A model generated the notes under the pieces. The model did not search any database. It saw only the letters and a program-made list of their open reading frames with translations, and was not told the origin of the DNA. From contig CAYZNI010000003.1 of NCBI GenBank assembly GCA_964479755.1, positions 1 to 58,424 on the forward strand: 58,424 nt of DNA, read 5' to 3'. The position numbers and the translations under genes are program-made. Origin of the DNA: Candidatus Woesearchaeota archaeon. Lineage in GTDB: Archaea > Nanobdellota > Nanobdellia > Pacearchaeales > GW2011-AR1. Of the stretch, positions 53,794-58,424 are shown piece after piece. Within the stretch, counting starts at the first letter, position 1, and each line of letters opens with the position of its first letter.

Positions 53794-54171
53794 TTAACTC
53801 AAGAAATCCGGCTTTTCTTTCGGCTTTCTCTCAACCGGCTTGTGTATATGAGCAAACGCAGGAGTAGCAATTATAGTGTTGTCTCCAAAGCCCGCAATAC
53901 TTCCTTCAAGAGCTTCAACTGTTTTCTTAATTTTAGAAATTGCTCTCTTAAGTTCAACAACATCTTTAGTCTTTATAGGCTTAATATCTATAATTGCAAT
54001 TGTGTATCCCTCTCGCAACGCGTTAAGAATGTCATCAACACCCTCTGAGGTCTTAAGAATAAAAGGCTTGACCATAATCTTCTCGTCCTTGGTTTTTACA
54101 GACTCTAAATCAATCTCAACATATTCATCCTCGTCATCCTTGCCAAACATTTTCCTCAAATTAAATGCCAT
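53794..54171 (-). CDS. sepF: Cell division protein SepF (archaeal FtsZ anchor, DUF552)
   Basis: 'VKPFILKTSEGVDDILNALREGYTIAIIDIKPIKTKDVVELKRAISKIKKTVEALEGSIAGFGDNTIIATP'. An N-terminal amphipathic segment begins 'MAFNLRKMFG'. Confidence 0.85.
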   Translation of the reverse strand: MAFNLRKMFGKDDEDEYVEIDLESVKTKDEKIMVKPFILKTSEGVDDILNALREGYTIAIIDIKPIKTKDVVELKRAISKIKKTVEALEGSIAGFGDNTIIATPAFAHIHKPVERKPKEKPDFLS

Positions 54172-54219
54172 AACAAATTATTGATAGCTGACTATATAAA
54201 TATTATTGTTTGCCTAAAG

Positions 54220-54265
54220 AGAAGTTTGAATAATCAAATTTCTACGAAAAAATTTTCAAACTTCT
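54220..54265. repeat. Perfect 11-bp inverted repeat (AGAAGTTTGAA / TTCAAACTTCT) with a 24-nt loop; also part of repeat copy B (54216-54267)
   Basis: Arms at 54220-54230 and 54255-54265, checked by hand. Confidence 0.8.
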
Positions 54266-54267
54266 TG

Positions 54268-54300
54268 TTAGAGAATTTTGACTTTTGTAAAATTCTCTAA
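54268..54300 (-). terminator. Perfect 12-bp hairpin overlapping the pfdB stop codon
   Basis: TTAGAGAATTTT (54268-54279) pairs with AAAATTCTCTAA (54289-54300) across a 9-nt loop. It lies between the pfdB stop and the sepF TATA-like box ('ATATTTATATAG', minus strand, about 54192-54203). Confidence 0.45.
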
Positions 54301-54629
54301 ACTATTTTTTTTGCCTTTCCTGAAGCAATGGAACTTATCTCTTTTTTTAATTCATCTGCGCGTTTTTCCAGCAACTTCTCTTGCTTTTCTATTGCTAGTA
54401 CCTTAGTCTCGGTAATTTTCTTTTTTTCCTTCAACTCTGCAAGAATTTTATCCTTGTCAGTCCTTAGTAGCATCCCAGAAACAAGTTTGTAAATCTCATC
54501 TTTGTAGTCCTTTAGCTCTTGCAGCGCATTGTCAATCTCATTCAATTCCATCTGAAAGTTCTGTCTTTGGGAAAGAAAGTTTTGCAAGTTGTTTTCAAGA
54601 ATTTGTAGTTCCTGAATTTTTTCGTTCAT
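54297..54629 (-). CDS. pfdB: Prefoldin beta subunit
   Basis: 'IQELQILENNLQNFLSQRQNFQMELNEIDNALQELK' followed by a second coiled coil. 110 aa. Confidence 0.8.
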   Translation of the reverse strand: MNEKIQELQILENNLQNFLSQRQNFQMELNEIDNALQELKDYKDEIYKLVSGMLLRTDKDKILAELKEKKKITETKVLAIEKQEKLLEKRADELKKEISSIASGKAKKIV

Positions 54630-54630
54630 C

Positions 54631-54768
54631 TCAAATCGCCTTCAATTTAACAATTTTGCTTCTGGGTTTGTAAAAAATTCTTGAGCCGCAGTTCGGGCAG
54701 ACGAATCTCTTGTCAAGAACTTTGCTGCTTATCGGTTTCTCGCAATCAAAACATTTGTATTGTGCCAT
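54631..54768 (-). CDS. rpoP: DNA-directed RNA polymerase subunit P (Rpo12/RpoP; absent from the ORF track)
   Basis: Hand translation: MAQYKCFDCEKPISSKVLDKRFVCPNCGSRIFYKPRSKIVKLKAI. Zinc ribbon CxxC...CPxCG.RI..K.R. Its stop lies 1 nt before the pfdB start. Confidence 0.8.
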   Translation of the reverse strand: MAQYKCFDCEKPISSKVLDKRFVCPNCGSRIFYKPRSKIVKLKAI

Positions 54769-54856
54769 TCTTTTTCTAGCTTTTCAAGTTTTTTAAACCT
54801 TTACTTTCAGGAAACAAAAAATTTATAAAGAAAAGCGCTCAGTCAGTGGAAAGAAA

Positions 54857-54973
54857 ATGGTGGTAAAAGGGGTGTCAAAAGTTGAAAATTTTAATAGCTC
54901 TTTTCCCGACGAGGTTGATTTAGAGGATGATGACCCGTTCGAAGGTCTTGAGTCAACAAGGGAAGAAGAGTGA
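54857..54973 (+). CDS. Candidate 38-aa acidic mini-protein
   Basis: MVVKGVSKVENFNSSFPDEVDLEDDDPFEGLESTREEE. 'TTTATAAA' (54822-54829) lies about 30 nt upstream. No homology recognised. Confidence 0.25.
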   Translation: MVVKGVSKVENFNSSFPDEVDLEDDDPFEGLESTREEE

Positions 54974-55164
54974 TTCTTCTTTGTTTTTTTTGTTTAATGC
55001 TCAATTAATTAACTTTATGCAGACTTTTCCAACGTTTTTCAACGAATTTAGCATCAAAAAAATAAATTGAAATTTATTAAAGATCTTTTGTATTAGCAAC
55101 CTTTTTTGCAAGTTGTAATGCTGCGATTTTGTTCAACCTTATTCGGGATTGCCAGATTCCCCGG

Positions 55165-55719
55165 TTAATATTGCCCTTTCAAAGAATAATACTCTTTTAA
55201 TTTTCCAAGCTTTTCATATAACGGCAATAGTTCGTTGGAGACTTCCTTTCTGTCAACATCAGAAATCTCAAACCCGAGAAGTTTTTCATAAACTTCAGTT
55301 GCATATTTTCTTTTGTCGTTTTTGGTTGCGTTTCTAGCTTCGCTTTTCATCATATTGACAACTTTGTTAGTAATATCTTTTTTTTCATTTCCAGTTGCAA
55401 TGCTCAGAGCCTTTTTATAAGTGAATTCCAGTTCGTCAAAATGCGCTCCTTTGGCAAAAAGCTCAATAGATTTCATAAATTCCTCAATTTTTGTCTTATA
55501 GGATGTATTAATCTCTGCAGAAACTCTGAAGCACTTTCCAGCCTCCCTAAACATTTTCCTGTTCTCGTAAAGCCCTGCGAGTTTTATTAATACAAATTTC
55601 TTTGCGTCAAAGTCAAGATTTTTTTTCAGGCACTCTGATAAATAGCCCATCTTAACATAGTCTCCCATGCCAGCAATCTTCTCCTCAATTTCACGCCGAG
55701 TGTTTTCTCTTACATTCAT
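55165..55719 (-). CDS. Hypothetical helical (TPR-like?) protein
   Basis: 184-aa soluble, helix-rich ORF with no recognisable motif. Confidence 0.45.
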   Translation of the reverse strand: MNVRENTRREIEEKIAGMGDYVKMGYLSECLKKNLDFDAKKFVLIKLAGLYENRKMFREAGKCFRVSAEINTSYKTKIEEFMKSIELFAKGAHFDELEFTYKKALSIATGNEKKDITNKVVNMMKSEARNATKNDKRKYATEVYEKLLGFEISDVDRKEVSNELLPLYEKLGKLKEYYSLKGQY

Positions 55720-55801
55720 TGAAATTCCTAGTATCGCGGCTTTTTAATTTTTGTTGTTCAGGTCTGACAAAGTATTTAAATTTCAGTTTTCTTTAATTCC
55801 T

Positions 55802-56065
55802 ATGATAAAACGAAAAGATATGATGACCGATATTACTGATTACATCCTTAAAAATTTAAAAAAAGGCTATACCAAAGAATCCTTAAAGTGGGCGCTAATC
55901 AATCAAGGTTATTCGCGAATTGAAGTTGTTAAGGCCATCCAAAGAGCCGAAGAGCTTATGGCCTCAAAAGCTCCTCTCCTGAGAGCCAAACCGGAGATTG
56001 AGCATAAAATTGAGCCAGTTGAAGAAGAGCCAAAAAAAAGTTTCTGGAAAAAACTTTTCGGATAA
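55802..56065 (+). CDS. Small protein with the 'KKGYTKESL...NQGYSRIEVVKAIQ' module
   Basis: The start is set to the ATG at 55802, 29 nt after 'TATTTAAAT' (55773-55781). 87 aa. Confidence 0.5.
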   Translation: MIKRKDMMTDITDYILKNLKKGYTKESLKWALINQGYSRIEVVKAIQRAEELMASKAPLLRAKPEIEHKIEPVEEEPKKSFWKKLFG

Positions 56066-56083
56066 GATTTTTTATTCACAAAA

Positions 56084-56091
56084 TTTATAAA
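56084..56091 (+). promoter_or_regulatory. TATA-like box for the DAC-domain gene
   Basis: 'TTTATAAA' begins 29 nt upstream of the ATG at 56113. Confidence 0.4.
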
Positions 56092-56112
56092 ACATCATTG
56101 ACAAATTTACAA

Positions 56113-56691
56113 ATGATAAAACAAGAATATAAAAGACTCGAGGAAACTCTCGTCCAAGTTGGGCTGAGAATTGCAAAGCGCGGCGAGGGAGCGCTCTTTG
56201 TCGTAGGCAAAGTAAAATACAAACCGCTGATTGACCAATCAGTTCCAGCTTTTAAGGCTACAGAAAATCCAAAGTTACTTGAGTCTCTTGCATTGATTGA
56301 CGGTGCTGTAATAATTAACCCCAAGGGATTCGTTGAATCTTACGGCGTAATGATAAAATCTACCGAGACTTTTAAAAACTTCGGCACAAGGCACAGCGCC
56401 GCACTTTCTGCATCAAAAACTAAAGGAAACCTTGTAGTAATAGTATCTGAAGAAGACAAAAAAGTCAAAATCCTGAAGGAAGGAAAGATGGTAATGCAGC
56501 TGGATGCATTGCAAAAAGATGTTGAAAAATCAGTTGACAAAGCTGTAGCAATTTTGGAATCTGTCGGTGCCGGAACTCTAGGCACGATTGGCACAAGTCT
56601 TTTGGTTCCAAGTCTTGGTCTCGCACTTCTACCAGGCGTCGTAGTCTTCGGCTCAGCTTATTATCTGGCTAAAGTTCTTAGAAGAAACTAA
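56113..56691 (+). CDS. Diadenylate cyclase (DAC/DisA_N) domain protein with a C-terminal membrane anchor
   Basis: 'RGEGALFVVG', 'LIDGAVIINPKG' (DGA motif), 'GTRHSAALSAS' (RHR position reads RHS) and 'VVIVSEEDKKVKILKEGK'. C-terminal hydrophobic 'LGLALLPGVVVFGSAYYLA'. Confidence 0.65.
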   Translation: MIKQEYKRLEETLVQVGLRIAKRGEGALFVVGKVKYKPLIDQSVPAFKATENPKLLESLALIDGAVIINPKGFVESYGVMIKSTETFKNFGTRHSAALSASKTKGNLVVIVSEEDKKVKILKEGKMVMQLDALQKDVEKSVDKAVAILESVGAGTLGTIGTSLLVPSLGLALLPGVVVFGSAYYLAKVLRRN

Positions 56692-57447
56692 TCAAACTCT
56701 AGCAACTCTCGATCCTTTTTCTCTATACATATCAATCATAGTTTCTCCCTCAATCAAATGGGAAGCGCCAACGACTACAACACTCTTCGAGCAACCTAAA
56801 TATGGCAATGATCTTTTAACCATATTCTTATTTCTCCAAGTAGAGTCAATATAATCAATTTCTACTTCTCTCCGTGCCGCAAGTAGTTCTGCAGCATCTC
56901 CGCGCATATATGCTCTTAAAATATTATGATAGACTTTTTTAATAAATCCTGGAGATTTTAGTTCTTCCCTTATTACGTACAAAGTTCGAAAGGCATCATG
57001 CTCAGCATTCTCCATAATAAATTTTTTTTGCTCATTTGGGGATTCCAGACCTAATACGTTTAATCCATCATTTATTGCTCTTTCAAATAAACCAGTATCA
57101 ATGGGTTCAAAAGGCAAGTTACTTTCCTTTAGGGCCTGACCGAATAAAATATTCTCAACTCTTGAGTAATTTAAATCCCTAATTCTACTAATTGGTCTTT
57201 CAAGTCTTTTTGCTAACTCTTCCTGTTCCTCAGCTGTAAAAAGAGCAAAAACTCTACTGGGTCTTACCTTATCTAGAAATGGTTTACTAGAACCGACACA
57301 CTCAACTAAAAGAGTTTTTTTATTTGCAAGTAATTTTTTAGCAGCTCTAGAAAAAACCTTAGGTGCATAGTGCAAAGTCCCTACTAAATGCGATACAACT
57401 CCATTATATTCAAGTTCCCAAACAAATGGTAATCTTCTTTGAATCAT
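56692..57447 (-). CDS. TraB/GumN family protein
   Basis: 'FVWELEYNGVVSHLVGTLHYAP' and 'VVVVGASHLIEGETMIDMYREKG'. Confidence 0.65.
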   Translation of the reverse strand: MIQRRLPFVWELEYNGVVSHLVGTLHYAPKVFSRAAKKLLANKKTLLVECVGSSKPFLDKVRPSRVFALFTAEEQEELAKRLERPISRIRDLNYSRVENILFGQALKESNLPFEPIDTGLFERAINDGLNVLGLESPNEQKKFIMENAEHDAFRTLYVIREELKSPGFIKKVYHNILRAYMRGDAAELLAARREVEIDYIDSTWRNKNMVKRSLPYLGCSKSVVVVGASHLIEGETMIDMYREKGSRVARV

Positions 57448-57480
57448 AAAACTCGATAAAGAGTCCGCTTTTAAATCTTA

Positions 57481-58131
57481 TTATTTCAATTTATATTTCT
57501 TGAATTCAGAACAAAAATCCTTCCTTCCTGCTAAGTAAAACGCATGTGCAGAATCAATAATCTCCACAACTTCCTCTGCATTCTTGGCCACAAAGATAGC
57601 GTGCATATCTTTCTTCTCAAAATACTTGCTCTTCAGCGGATTTTCTTCCATCCATTTTATGAGGCCATGCCACATATTTCCTAAAAGTATTACTGGAATG
57701 CTCTCGATCTGTTCAACCTGAACAAGCTGCCATGTGTAAAACAATTCAAGCAACGTCCCAAGACCTCCAGGTGCAACGACAACCGCATTAGAAAGTAACA
57801 TAAAATTGTCAAGTCTCTTTGAAAATCTCGTAAACTCCCTGACCAAATTAACATTTTTATTTGCTTTTTGCTCATGCGGAAGTTTGATATTCAGGCCAAT
57901 AGCCATCGCTCCAGTTCCATTTCTTCCGAGTTTGTGTCCCGCGCTTACAGCGTTCATCAATCCAGGTCCTCCGCCATCAACAATATCAATTCCTCTAACT
58001 CCCAGCATTTTCCCAATCTGAAAAACTTCTTTGTAAATCTTTTCACTTTTCTTTATTCTTGCCGAGCCAAAAATTGTAACTCTAAATTTCTTCCTTCTTT
58101 TCTCATTATAAAACTCATCTCTCTTTTTCAT
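57481..58131 (-). CDS. LOG family / TIGR00730 Rossmann-fold nucleotide-binding protein
   Basis: 'VTIFGSARI', 'GGGPGLMNAVSAG' and 'APGGLGTLLELF' (PGGxGTxxE). Confidence 0.85.
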   Translation of the reverse strand: MKKRDEFYNEKRRKKFRVTIFGSARIKKSEKIYKEVFQIGKMLGVRGIDIVDGGGPGLMNAVSAGHKLGRNGTGAMAIGLNIKLPHEQKANKNVNLVREFTRFSKRLDNFMLLSNAVVVAPGGLGTLLELFYTWQLVQVEQIESIPVILLGNMWHGLIKWMEENPLKSKYFEKKDMHAIFVAKNAEEVVEIIDSAHAFYLAGRKDFCSEFKKYKLK

Positions 58132-58424
58132 TTTTCTAATTAGATTTAGAGTTATTTAAAGTTGTTGAAGTATTGATTAAAGTTAGTAATCCCAGTTCAT
58201 TCTTGCTCCGTCACATAAAGGATGTTTTGCTGTTGATTTACCTTTAATATTATCTTGAATATAGCCATAATAACTTAATTTGTAACTCATCATTAACTTT
58301 TTCTTAACTTCTTTATGAACCGAATAATCTTTTATTGTAACATTCAACAAGAAAAATCTTTGAATAATATTAGGTGATTAGCTAAATTCCGCACTAAACT
58401 AACCTCCTCATACATATATCAAAC

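Noticed and set aside
58194-58424. Right-edge region scanned for a partial gene on either strand
   Set aside because: It contains only short frames, the best being a 37-aa MMSYKLSYYGYIQDNIKGKSTAKHPLCDGARMNWDY on the minus strand, and nothing supportable.
1-58424. Whole-window scan for CRISPR arrays, rRNA/tRNA genes, transposases/integrases, toxin-antitoxin or known defence-system genes, and DGR components (reverse transcriptase, TR/VR pair)
   Set aside because: I saw no regularly spaced direct repeats and no cloverleaf-compatible GC-rich intergenic segments. I also recognised no DDE/tyrosine-recombinase/RT motifs and no nuclease or ATPase defence signatures in any ORF. A tRNAscan/Infernal run would be needed to exclude small RNAs rigorously.

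Overview
This is a 58.4-kb, AT-rich, gene-dense segment with about 60 credible genes and many 1-4 nt overlaps. Gene content marks it as archaeal: an AglB/STT3 oligosaccharyltransferase with WWDYG, an AglH-like GlcNAc-1-P transferase, RNA polymerase subunit P, RNase P Pop5, prefoldin alpha and beta, archaeal SepF, a beta-CASP RNase J, a Methanococcus-type S-layer protein, [KR]GQ class III signal-peptide (pilin-like) proteins, and TATA-like boxes about 30 nt upstream of many ATGs. Small proteins, low GC and patchy metabolism suggest a DPANN-type (Pace-/Woesearchaeota-like) genome, but this is inference only. Layout: (i) 54-24,988 is a very AT-rich ~25-kb glycan synthesis and tailoring island. 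It holds an MBOAT plus three SGNH-like proteins, an alpha-oxoamine synthase, a carbamoyltransferase with small membrane partners, WecB, GT4/GT9/GT2 enzymes, two methyltransferases, two GT-C enzymes, GtrA, two SDRs, a flavoprotein and a flippase. (ii) 24,985-28,781 is the core aglH-aglB pair. (iii) 29.0-34.6 kb holds a SpoIIM-like protein, rpiB, rpe and a LolCDE-like ABC system (one ATPase, two paralogous FtsX permeases). (iv) 34.9-42.3 kb is a cell-surface block: two paralogous anchored Cys proteins, the S-layer gene with a structured leader, a wHTH regulator, and four tandem pilin-like Cys-rich genes. (v) 42.6-58.1 kb is housekeeping (Pop5, HtrA, RNase J, HemK-like MTase, prefoldins, fused transketolase, SepF, RpoP). 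This block also carries a minimal archaeosortase-like gene beside a surface protein with a C-terminal sorting signal, a membrane-anchored diadenylate-cyclase-like protein, a GumN/TraB protein and a LOG protein. I recognised no rRNA, tRNA, CRISPR array, transposase or integrase. The most interesting candidates are the GT2 / GT-C + GtrA + SDR + flavoprotein module, the pilin-like plus S-layer surface block, the archaeosortase-substrate pair, and the bacterial-style O-acyl/O-carbamoyl tailoring locus.
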